Assembly (NCBI GenBank): GCA_032480995.1 | Contig: JAWETS010000010.1 | Span: 25,966-89,965, forward strand | DNA length: 64,000 bases | Reading direction: 5' to 3' | Origin: Veillonella sp. | GTDB taxonomy: Bacteria; Bacillota; Negativicutes; Veillonellales; Veillonellaceae | In this document: positions 9,702 through 17,834 of the stretch, piece by piece | Position numbering within the stretch: the first letter of the stretch is position 1 | Layout of the letters: each line of letters opens with the position of its first letter | The notes under the pieces: generated by a model | What the model saw: the letters and a program-made list of their open reading frames with translations, nothing else | Database searches by the model: none | Told to the model about the DNA's origin: nothing | Position numbers and translations under genes: made by a program

Positions 9702-10961
9702 TTAGAATACTTGTTTAATACCGAAATAGGTACCTCCATTCGTAGAACTGAACGGTCTGGTCATTTGAATAACGCCATAGGTATCTTTATGCAAACGTAT
9801 ATCACTACGAATACGATATTTACGATGATTAAGGTCATATAGCGCGGCTGATAAGGACACAGGACCACGGAAGTTATAATCCACCCCAAGACCCAATTCA
9901 CTTTCAAAAATACCACCACGCACTAACCATTTAGAACTAATAAATCGACCTGCATTCAGATCAAAAGTAGTATCATCACCCATATTAGAAAGGCCAATTT
10001 CAGCCATTCCTTTATTGTTAAAGGCACGTACTCTACCATTGACACGGAATTCATTATCCGTTGTGTTATACAACAAATCTACAGATGGTTCAATCTTGGT
10101 AGATGACTTTTTTTCAGTCATACCAACCTCTACACTATTTCCATTTACATCCGTTTGGTACGCCTTTCCGCCCATCAGTTTATTGATGCGAGCTGAAATC
10201 TGTGCCGTATTATGTAAAGTCTCCTTAATATTTTCTTGTGCTTTAGGATCTGTTACAGTTGATTCCATGGTACGAGCCATATTATCTACACGATCAGTAG
10301 TTTGTTTTAAATTAGTTAAAATAGCACGCATATCATTGCCTGCATTACCATCAGCATTAAACTGTTGTGCTGCTTGATTTAGCTGAGCCGTTACATCCGC
10401 CATATTTTGTGTAATAGCTACCGCATTATCAGCCATCACAGCTGTAGATTGCAAAGAATATTTAAGTGCACTTTGAGTTGCAGGATCACCAATAATACTA
10501 TTAATAGACTGTAGCATCTTCTCAGTACCATCCATTAATTTTTGTGCACTCTGCATGGCCTTATCCACAGCATCAACGCCTTCACCTTTAACGGAGTCAC
10601 CATCTTGTAAATATACTTTAGACTGTCCTGGTGAAATTTGAATAAATTTATCACCTAAAAAACCATCTGACCCCAAGGAAAAGATTGAGTCACTTGGAAT
10701 CTGCGTTTTTTCATCAAGTTTCATCTTAACCACAACGCCACGCGGTGTAATTTCAATATCAGAAACAGTCCCGATGGCCACGCCGGAAAATTTAACCTGA
10801 TTCCCATTTTTTAGGCCATTTACTTGAGTGAAATCACCTGTAATTGTCATTTGCGGTTTAGCCCAAATATCGATACGGCCTACAAATAGTATGCCTGCAA
10901 TAAATAGAACTATACCTATTATTGTAAAAGCCCCTACCTTGGCCTCCGTCGTCCACTTCAT
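9702..10961 (-). CDS. mlaD: MlaD-like MCE-domain protein with a long helical region and a C-terminal beta-strand-rich extension
   Basis: 419 aa with an N-terminal TM helix (AFTIIGIVLFIAGILFVG). The MCE domain reads ...TGDFTQVNGLKNGNQVKFSGVAIGTVSDIEITPRGVVVKMKLD.... It is followed by about 140 aa of Q/A/N/T-rich helix. The last ~130 aa consist of alternating hydrophobic/polar strands ending YFGIKQVF. The ATG overlaps the mlaF stop (TAATG). Confidence 0.8.
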   Translation of the reverse strand: MKWTTEAKVGAFTIIGIVLFIAGILFVGRIDIWAKPQMTITGDFTQVNGLKNGNQVKFSGVAIGTVSDIEITPRGVVVKMKLDEKTQIPSDSIFSLGSDGFLGDKFIQISPGQSKVYLQDGDSVKGEGVDAVDKAMQSAQKLMDGTEKMLQSINSIIGDPATQSALKYSLQSTAVMADNAVAITQNMADVTAQLNQAAQQFNADGNAGNDMRAILTNLKQTTDRVDNMARTMESTVTDPKAQENIKETLHNTAQISARINKLMGGKAYQTDVNGNSVEVGMTEKKSSTKIEPSVDLLYNTTDNEFRVNGRVRAFNNKGMAEIGLSNMGDDTTFDLNAGRFISSKWLVRGGIFESELGLGVDYNFRGPVSLSAALYDLNHRKYRIRSDIRLHKDTYGVIQMTRPFSSTNGGTYFGIKQVF

Positions 10962-11719
10962 TATATATCTCCCATCGCAGATTCGTTAATCGGCTCTGCT
11001 TCACCATGAATAAATTGTTGTACCTTCTTATTTGTAGAATTCTTAAATTCTATTGTATCAGAAATTTCTACAAAATGCCCCTGATCGAGTAAAGCTATGC
11101 GGTCAGCAACATAAAATGCTGACTGCATATCATGTGTTACCACGATAGAAGTACAACCAAGCCGATTCTGCATCCCCTTAATTAGCATACTAATCGTACC
11201 TGATGTAATAGGATCTAACCCTGATGAAGGTTCATCATAAAGAATTAAACTCGGATCTAGTGCTATAGCACGAGCTAAGCTAACCCGCTTTTTCATACCA
11301 CCAGATAACTCATTAGGCATATAGGACTCATATCCCTTTAAACCAACCCAATCAAGTCTTTCTGCCACAATGCGTTTGATTTCGTCATCCTTTAACTTCG
11401 TATGTTGACGCAAACCAAAAGCTACGTTCTCACCTACCGACATAGAATCAAACAAAGCTGAATATTGGAATACCATCCCCATTTTTCTTCGTACCGTATT
11501 AAATTCATCTTCAGATAATGTAGTTATATCTGTGCCATCTACGATAATCTGCCCTGATGTAGGACGTTGTAAACCTATTAATAAGCGAAGTAATGTACTT
11601 TTACCACTACCACTGCCGCCTAATATAACTAACGTCTCCCCATCATTAATAGTGAGATTAACAGAGTCTAAAATCACACGTGACTCGTAGGCAACTACAA
11701 CATTACGTAGTTCAATCAT
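10961..11719 (-). CDS. mlaF: MlaF-like ABC transporter ATP-binding protein
   Basis: Walker A GGSGSGKST, signature LSGGMKKRV and Walker B LILYDEPSSGLD. Lies between mlaE and mlaD. Confidence 0.9.
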   Translation of the reverse strand: MIELRNVVVAYESRVILDSVNLTINDGETLVILGGSGSGKSTLLRLLIGLQRPTSGQIIVDGTDITTLSEDEFNTVRRKMGMVFQYSALFDSMSVGENVAFGLRQHTKLKDDEIKRIVAERLDWVGLKGYESYMPNELSGGMKKRVSLARAIALDPSLILYDEPSSGLDPITSGTISMLIKGMQNRLGCTSIVVTHDMQSAFYVADRIALLDQGHFVEISDTIEFKNSTNKKVQQFIHGEAEPINESAMGDI

Positions 11720-11740
11720 AAATCCCTCTAAAAATATCCA

Positions 11741-12502
11741 CTAAAATAACAATGTAGATAAAAAGTAATTTAATACAAATACTAGAATAATACTAGTTAC
11801 TACAGAACTAGTAGTGGAAAAACCAACAGCTTCTGCGCCCATTTTAGTTTCCATGCCCTTATAAGCACCTACCAATGCAATGACAGCACCAAACACACTA
11901 GACTTTATAAGTCCTAAGGTGAAATCTGAAATGGTAGAAAACATTTGAATAGAGTCTAAATATGTACTAGGCGCCAAACCCTTGATAACAGTGGCTACAA
12001 AGTAACCACCGGCAATACCGATAACAACACCATAAAATGCCAAAATTGGCACCATAATCATACACGCTACTACACGTGGTACCACGAGGTAACCAACAGG
12101 ATCAACAGCCATAACACGTAGGGCATCAATTTGTTCTGTTACCTTCATTGTACCAATTTCAGCCGTGATAGCTGCGCCAACACGGCCGGCTAATACTACA
12201 CCAACTAAGATAGGACCCAATTCACGGCCCATAGCTACAGCCATAAGGCCACCTACTGTACTTTGAGCACCATAGGTAATTAGTACATCTGTAATCTGTA
12301 AGGTCATAACGGCACCAGCAAAGAGTAGAGTTAAGCTAATAATAGGCAAGGAGTCTACCCCTAAGTGAGCCATCTGTTGAAATACATGCCACAGATTAAT
12401 CATTTTTAATTGTTTTATTGTTTGCCACACTAATAATGTAGCACTACCCATCTGCGATAAGCCGTTTATGACGACTCGACCTATCGATTCTAGCCAACTC
12501 AA
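11741..12502 (-). CDS. mlaE: MlaE-like ABC transporter permease
   Basis: 253 aa polytopic membrane protein with the MlaE/YrbE family pattern (...GVDSLPIISLT...GRELGPILVGVVLAGRVGAAITAEIGTMKVTEQIDALRVMAVDP...). Confidence 0.9.
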   Translation of the reverse strand: MSWLESIGRVVINGLSQMGSATLLVWQTIKQLKMINLWHVFQQMAHLGVDSLPIISLTLLFAGAVMTLQITDVLITYGAQSTVGGLMAVAMGRELGPILVGVVLAGRVGAAITAEIGTMKVTEQIDALRVMAVDPVGYLVVPRVVACMIMVPILAFYGVVIGIAGGYFVATVIKGLAPSTYLDSIQMFSTISDFTLGLIKSSVFGAVIALVGAYKGMETKMGAEAVGFSTTSSVVTSIILVFVLNYFLSTLLF

Positions 12503-12532
12503 CAGTCTATCCCTTTCCCTTACAGTTTCAAC

Positions 12533-14515
12533 TTATTCAGCTATATTTGTTCCACCAGCATTAGCCTCATCTTTTTTATTGGTTTCTTTCGACTCTTTTT
12601 TTGAATCCTTTTTAGACTCAGCTTTATCCGTTTTATCTTTTTTAGATTGATCTTCCAATTCTAACTTGCGTTCCATCTTAATCTGATGTTTCGCTTCTTT
12701 GACACGTTTTGCTAATTCTTTATCCCGATCAGCAGGCTTCATTACATGAATCGTAAATTGACCATCACCTTGCACAATGTACTCAGTATCAACAGCAGTC
12801 TTTTCAGGTTTCTTTTCATCATCCTTACTAGAACTCAAATCTTCTTGACCAGTTTTTTTCTTTACATCCCCTGGCATAGGTTTTGATTCCACATCTTTAA
12901 GCTTAGCCTTTTTAACAGATTGAGAGCCATCTTCATCAACTAAGCTGATACCATCTTCCAAAAATTCTACAACGATTTGATTATTTGTATCTGTCTTTTG
13001 AATTTCATCATAAAGCTCATCAAAATCTTTATGAACTTTCAAACGGCGTAAAATTTCATCTGTTAAATTATATTTCTGTTTTTCCAATACGTATGGCAAT
13101 GGAATCTCGCCACCGCCACGCACCTCTAAGGTATACTTACCAATAGCTTGATCTTCAGGTACCTTAAAGAAAATTTGTTTAATAACCTTTTCACCGCGGA
13201 ACGGCTCTAATGTTACATCTACTACGATAGTATCCCCAGGAGAAACTACAGTAGACGAAGCAGAAGCATCGATAAGCTTTGCTGTTTTCTTATCTTGCGT
13301 TACGTTTGTTTCAACCGAAATATCCGAAATTTCATAGTTGATGAATCGATTGTTCATAAGAATATCAATGACATTATAAAATTCATCAACTGCTTTTTCA
13401 CTAATGGAATCAGAGCTGTAGAACATATTTGTCCGCGTTAATGGCTTATGTTCTTTCCCTTTTGGCGTAATAGTATAAGAAATTGTAGCCGTACCAGAGC
13501 CACTGCGATCCAATGTTTTATTCAACATATTGTATAAGGCTGTAGCTGCTAAAGTTGGTGTCATTTCACCATCTTCAATAACCTTGACGGAACTAGTTCT
13601 ATCACGGCCCATATCAATATCCTTTAAATGGAATCGCAATGGAATACCTGGCGAAATCACGCCTGATACACCTGCAATACCGGCACCTCTATCTTCGGTA
13701 ACAGAACCAATCTCTTTACCCATAGAGCCAAGCTTAAAGGCAGCATTATAGCTTTTTACAACGGTAAAGATACTTGCATTGTGCATAAAATAGTTAGAAG
13801 AACCATGTTTTAAGAATGGATGACCAAAGGCAACAACCTTTTCACCATCTACATGAGTAACAGTACCAATAGCGCCCAATTTAAGGTCACCATCAACTAG
13901 CAAAGCCGCTACCGAGCCACCAGCTTCTAAAGGTTTTGCAATTTCATCACCACTAGCACTTGCGGTGTCATATGTTTCATATTTATATTGTGGTAACTTC
14001 GATTTAAAGTATTCCATTGATGCCGCATCGAAGCCATACGCCATAAGTGGAGTACCTAAAGGAATCAATTGTGTATCATCCCAAGGTTTAGATAAGTTTT
14101 TCTCATATGGTATATTCCATAGTTTGACCATATCCTCAATAGGAGTAATCATACCTATCGTACCATCCGCAAACCCCCAGCCATAAGCAACAGCCCCAAC
14201 GAGTTTACCATTTATATATACAGGGCTACCACTCATACCATGCGCAATGCCACCAGTTTGATCCATAACGGGTCCGGAAAACTTGGCTAAAATAAGATGG
14301 CCAGATGGTCCCTTATCCTTCATGACACCCAGTACCTTTACATCAAAAGTGGAAATAGTATCCCCTACGATTACAGTTTTTGCAATACCTTCCATACCTG
14401 TTGTTACATCATTGACAGGCATAAAATCAATAGCCTGTGCAGTTGTAAGTGAAGTACAGAAGAAAAGCGCCAGTATCGCTTTTCTATACCGACGCCAAGA
14501 ATGAGAAAACTTCAT
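12533..14515 (-). CDS. secreted peptidase S55 (SpoIVB-like) domain protein with a large C-terminal region and a charged tail
   Basis: Signal peptide (ILALFFCTSLTTAQA). The N-terminal serine-protease core contains GGIAHGMSGSPVYINGKLVGAVAYGW, which matches the S55 active-site Ser context GMSGSP. About 400 aa of unassigned sequence follows. The C-terminus is K/E/D/S-rich (...SKKDKTDKAESKKDSKKESKETNKKDE...). Confidence 0.6.
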   Translation of the reverse strand: MKFSHSWRRYRKAILALFFCTSLTTAQAIDFMPVNDVTTGMEGIAKTVIVGDTISTFDVKVLGVMKDKGPSGHLILAKFSGPVMDQTGGIAHGMSGSPVYINGKLVGAVAYGWGFADGTIGMITPIEDMVKLWNIPYEKNLSKPWDDTQLIPLGTPLMAYGFDAASMEYFKSKLPQYKYETYDTASASGDEIAKPLEAGGSVAALLVDGDLKLGAIGTVTHVDGEKVVAFGHPFLKHGSSNYFMHNASIFTVVKSYNAAFKLGSMGKEIGSVTEDRGAGIAGVSGVISPGIPLRFHLKDIDMGRDRTSSVKVIEDGEMTPTLAATALYNMLNKTLDRSGSGTATISYTITPKGKEHKPLTRTNMFYSSDSISEKAVDEFYNVIDILMNNRFINYEISDISVETNVTQDKKTAKLIDASASSTVVSPGDTIVVDVTLEPFRGEKVIKQIFFKVPEDQAIGKYTLEVRGGGEIPLPYVLEKQKYNLTDEILRRLKVHKDFDELYDEIQKTDTNNQIVVEFLEDGISLVDEDGSQSVKKAKLKDVESKPMPGDVKKKTGQEDLSSSKDDEKKPEKTAVDTEYIVQGDGQFTIHVMKPADRDKELAKRVKEAKHQIKMERKLELEDQSKKDKTDKAESKKDSKKESKETNKKDEANAGGTNIAE

Positions 14516-14527
14516 TCCTTCTCTCCT

Positions 14528-14812
14528 TTATTTACTTTCTACAGTGACAACGATTTGATCACGAGAAACGTCTGAACCCACTGTAACATTAACCGCCGTT
14601 ACAGTACCAGTTACAGTAGATTTAGCAGCAGCCATAGGACCAGCCAATGTCTCTACAGTCACCAATGTTTGGCCTTCTGTTACAGAAGTACCAACAGAAA
14701 CTGTAGAAGCAACTTTACCTGTTAATACACTTTGGTATGATACAGGGGCCGCCATTACAGAGCTAACACTTAAAATGCCTAATGCAGCTAAAGCTAACAC
14801 TACTCTTTTCAT
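14528..14812 (-). CDS. small secreted protein with a biotinyl/lipoyl-like hybrid-barrel signature
   Basis: 94 aa with signal peptide MKRVVLALAALGILSVSSVMAAP. The mature part LTGKVASTVSVGTSVTEGQTLVTVETLAGPMAAAKSTVTGTVTAVNVTVGSDVSRDQIVVTV follows the G-x-V...V..G..V..Gq.L...E......i.a...G.V..i.v..Gd.V pattern of lipoyl/biotinyl domains. The canonical E-A-M-K-M hairpin is replaced by ETLAGPMAAAK. RBS AAAGGAGGG lies upstream. Confidence 0.45.
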   Translation of the reverse strand: MKRVVLALAALGILSVSSVMAAPVSYQSVLTGKVASTVSVGTSVTEGQTLVTVETLAGPMAAAKSTVTGTVTAVNVTVGSDVSRDQIVVTVESK

Positions 14813-14850
14813 AACGATCCCTCCTTTTACAAAATTAGTTATGTATTTAT

Positions 14851-14879
14851 AGTATACTAAATTATTAGTAATATTTCAA
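14851..14879 (-). promoter_or_regulatory. candidate sigma-70 promoter for the lipoyl-like / S55 / mlaEFD / tolC operon
   Basis: Minus strand has TTGAAA (14879-14874), a 17-nt spacer, then TATACT (14856-14851). It lies about 40 nt upstream of the ATG at 14812. Confidence 0.4.
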
Positions 14880-14900
14880 ACAAATTTGTATGCAACGAAT

Positions 14901-16241
14901 CTATTTTATGATTACTATATCCTCATAACTCATAGGTGCAGAAGATTTGTGTACATAATCATCATTGATAACTATATCAATGCTACCTTGATTTGATAAT
15001 TCAGCGCCATCAACAACACCTAATTTAGACAATAACTGAGCTCCTTCTTTTTGAGTCACACCTACAGATTGAAGTTCGGATTTATCAACTGTTAGCACAA
15101 CTAAATCATGTTCCTTTGTGGTTCCAATGAAACTACGACCTTTGTTATTAGATTCATCAGCTCCTACATAGCGACCGCCTTTCATCACCATAGTGCCCAC
15201 TTCTAAACTAGCTCCACCGGTAGTACTAACTTGAGCAAGTTCTTCTCTATTTTGAATCGTAATAGGTGTTCCAACTTTTAATTTACGTAAAGCACTTCCA
15301 GATTCGCCATGACCAGACAATACGTATTGGTTTTCCCCAATTTTAGAATTTCCCTTTTGTTTACTAATAACCTTGCCATTAGCTACAGTCACTTCATAAC
15401 CATATTCATTGGTCTTTGTAGAAGGACCATAAGTTGACGTATAAAGGGTCAAGGCATTCTCTTTACGAACCGTATCAACGGAGGTGATTACAAAACTCTC
15501 ATTCTTTGTTTTAGCTTGAAGTAAAGGTTTTTTCTCTTCTATAAAATATCCTCTATTAGGCGTATATCGTAACGTACCACGATTAGAAATACGCTCTAAA
15601 TCAATGGCTCCATCACTCGCCACTGAGTAAGGTCGTTCAAAACTGCCCCCTTTTACCTTTGCTCCAATGATAGCTGTATGAGCTTGAGTAACAGAAGATA
15701 ATGGTTTACCTTCTGGAACATGCGCCACCACCATAGGTGAATCATTATCTACGGTCAATGCAAAGGCTTGAATTTTCCCTTCAGCTACGGTGTTATTAAT
15801 TTTGCTATACGTTACAGATTTATTTACATCTTTTGTAGTCTGTTGCGCATAGCCAGAAAATAAATCCACTACTATACGCGAAGGCTTTTCTAATGCAAAC
15901 TCATGATGTTGTACATCCTTATTCGCTGTTAATGTTACTCGTAAGGCCCCATTAACCTGTTGTAAGCCAATGCCTTTAAGAACTCCCGTTTTTTTATCAT
16001 TTTGTGATATGGGGCCAGTTAAACCATTTGTAGTACCCCCTAAGTTCAATGTAAGAGCATGTGTTTCTTCATTATAGGATTGAGTCCAAGATACAGGCAT
16101 TTCAGATACATCTAAAACAATTCGGCTTGTACCTTCATGATTAGATACGCGCACCCCTGTTAAATTACCGGCCTCAGCATGAGGAACGGTACTACCCAGT
16201 AGACCTAAAACAGCAAAAGTCATATACAGATATCGTTTCAT
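14901..16241 (-). CDS. secreted AMIN-domain protein with a C-terminal region resembling the phosphodiester glycosidase (DUF2233) fold
   Basis: Signal peptide (MTFAVLGLLGSTVPHAEA). The AMIN-like N-terminus reads NLTGVRVSNHEGTSRIVLDVSEMP...ALRVTLTA...EKPSRIVVDLF. The C-terminus ...GRSFIGTTKEHDLVVLTVDKSELQSVGVTQKEGAQLLSKLGVVDGAELSNQGSIDIV... resembles the DUF2233 end, with the usual NLDGGGS motif degenerate. The second domain call is tentative. Confidence 0.5.
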   Translation of the reverse strand: MKRYLYMTFAVLGLLGSTVPHAEAGNLTGVRVSNHEGTSRIVLDVSEMPVSWTQSYNEETHALTLNLGGTTNGLTGPISQNDKKTGVLKGIGLQQVNGALRVTLTANKDVQHHEFALEKPSRIVVDLFSGYAQQTTKDVNKSVTYSKINNTVAEGKIQAFALTVDNDSPMVVAHVPEGKPLSSVTQAHTAIIGAKVKGGSFERPYSVASDGAIDLERISNRGTLRYTPNRGYFIEEKKPLLQAKTKNESFVITSVDTVRKENALTLYTSTYGPSTKTNEYGYEVTVANGKVISKQKGNSKIGENQYVLSGHGESGSALRKLKVGTPITIQNREELAQVSTTGGASLEVGTMVMKGGRYVGADESNNKGRSFIGTTKEHDLVVLTVDKSELQSVGVTQKEGAQLLSKLGVVDGAELSNQGSIDIVINDDYVHKSSAPMSYEDIVIIK

Positions 16242-16344
16242 CTTTAATTCCTCTATAGCTACAAACCATAATAATGGCCTTATATCATTACATCAATTTT
16301 ACGCAATATACTTTTACTATAGTATACAGCATAAAGATGAAAAA

Positions 16345-16426
16345 TTCAAAAAATAAACGAAAAACGAGGTTACAGTCTAAAGATACTCCATACATAAAAT
16401 AGAATAACTGTAGACCATAACCTCGT
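16345..16426 (-). terminator. rho-independent terminator after mreB
   Basis: 15-bp stem (16364-16378 with 16412-16426, two G-U pairs) and a 33-nt loop. On the minus strand it is followed by UUUUCGUUUAUUUUUUG. Confidence 0.5.
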
Positions 16427-16468
16427 CAATTTAAGCTTACTTCATCATGGTATATTATTATAACTATA

Positions 16469-17494
16469 TTATTGTAACTCATCTAATGTATCACGAAGCT
16501 GTGACATTTCATCTAAAGCCTTTGCAACACCTTTAATTACTGCATATCTTGGAGATTCTACAAGGTATGCCGCGATTCCAATAGACCGTGTAATAACACG
16601 GTCTAATCCATCGATGAGCGCGCCACCACCAGTAAGAATGATACCATGATCATTGATAGCGGCCACAAGTTCTGGTGGAGTTTTCTCTAGAATGGACTTA
16701 ACGCCTTCCAAAACATTCATCACTTGTGCTTCTAGAGCACGTTGAATCTCTAAAGAATTCACCGCAACCATCTTTGGTAATCCAGAACTTGCATCTCGTC
16801 CTCGTACCTCAATCGTACGCTCCTTTGCACGACGATCCACAGTCCCTACAGAAATTTTAATTTTCTCTGCCGTTAGCGGACCAATAACGAGGCGCTTCTT
16901 ACGGCGGATATAACGGATAATAGATTCGTTAAAAGAATCTCCACCGATGCGAAGTGATTCACTTACAACCACACCCGTATCACAAAGAACGGCAATATCC
17001 GTAGTGCCACCGCCAACATCGACAACCATCGCCCCTACGTGCTTAGCATCATTGAGACCAGTCCCCATAGCAGCAGCCAATGGCTCTTCAATAAGGACCG
17101 TCTTTTTTGCACCGGTTCTGAGTAAGGCCTCTAAAATGGCGCGTTTCTCTACAGGTGTAATGCCTGATGGCACACATACGATAATACGCGTCTTCATCAA
17201 TCTAGAGGCAGGTACAACGGAGCGAATAAAGTACTTCAACATGAACTCTGTCATATCATAATCTGCAATAACGCCCGCTTGAACTGGACGGATGACGGAA
17301 ATCCCTTTTGGAGTACGACCTACCATAGAACGTGCAGCCTCACCTAAAGCAAGAATATCACCGGTTTTATCATCCCGTGCAATATACGCAGGTTCATCTA
17401 ATACCAAGCCTTTACCCTTTGCAAAAATGAGGATATTTGCAGTCCCTAAATCAATTCCCAAATCGAAGTTTAAAGATCGATTTAAACGACTCAT
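16469..17494 (-). CDS. mreB: rod shape-determining actin homolog MreB/Mbl
   Basis: MSRLNRSLNFDLGIDLGTANILIFAKGKG...IRPVQAGVIADYDMTEFMLKYF...VVDVGGGTTDIAVL...ILTGGGALIDGLD are canonical MreB motifs. Start placed at the ATG at 17494, with GGAG 5 nt upstream. The same frame stays open for another 123 codons up to a GTG at 17863 (see findings). Confidence 0.85.
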   Translation of the reverse strand: MSRLNRSLNFDLGIDLGTANILIFAKGKGLVLDEPAYIARDDKTGDILALGEAARSMVGRTPKGISVIRPVQAGVIADYDMTEFMLKYFIRSVVPASRLMKTRIIVCVPSGITPVEKRAILEALLRTGAKKTVLIEEPLAAAMGTGLNDAKHVGAMVVDVGGGTTDIAVLCDTGVVVSESLRIGGDSFNESIIRYIRRKKRLVIGPLTAEKIKISVGTVDRRAKERTIEVRGRDASSGLPKMVAVNSLEIQRALEAQVMNVLEGVKSILEKTPPELVAAINDHGIILTGGGALIDGLDRVITRSIGIAAYLVESPRYAVIKGVAKALDEMSQLRDTLDELQ

Positions 17495-17834
17495 AAAATC
17501 TCCGACTTGCTCAGGTCGAACTAAACGTTTTAATGTCATGGCTGGCGTTGTTTTAGCAATCGCTACAGTCTCACGACTACGTCGTTCAGCACGGCGCATT
17601 TTTGTAACTTTAATCATGGTCTCGCGCATATTGGAGGCTAAATGATTAGCTTGCTTTGCCACGCCATTTGAAAGCTTAGTGGACTTACGTTTTGTCCTTC
17701 TCAATGGTTTGCGTGTAGTACTCGCTTTCGAATTCTCAACCTTTGCAGCACCTAAGTTCTGTTGCTCGTTGTATAAAGCCGGCCCTTTAGAGCGCCGGCT
17801 TCTTTTCTTTTTATTTTGTTTTGGCTGTGTACTC

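Noticed and set aside
17777-17820. Plus-strand intrinsic terminator (GC hairpin followed by a long T-rich tract on the plus strand)
   Set aside because: No plus-strand gene or promoter reads into it. The T-rich tract is the complement of the A-rich (Lys-codon-like) stretch downstream of murA. I kept it only as a possible murA terminator or attenuator in the mreB leader discussion.
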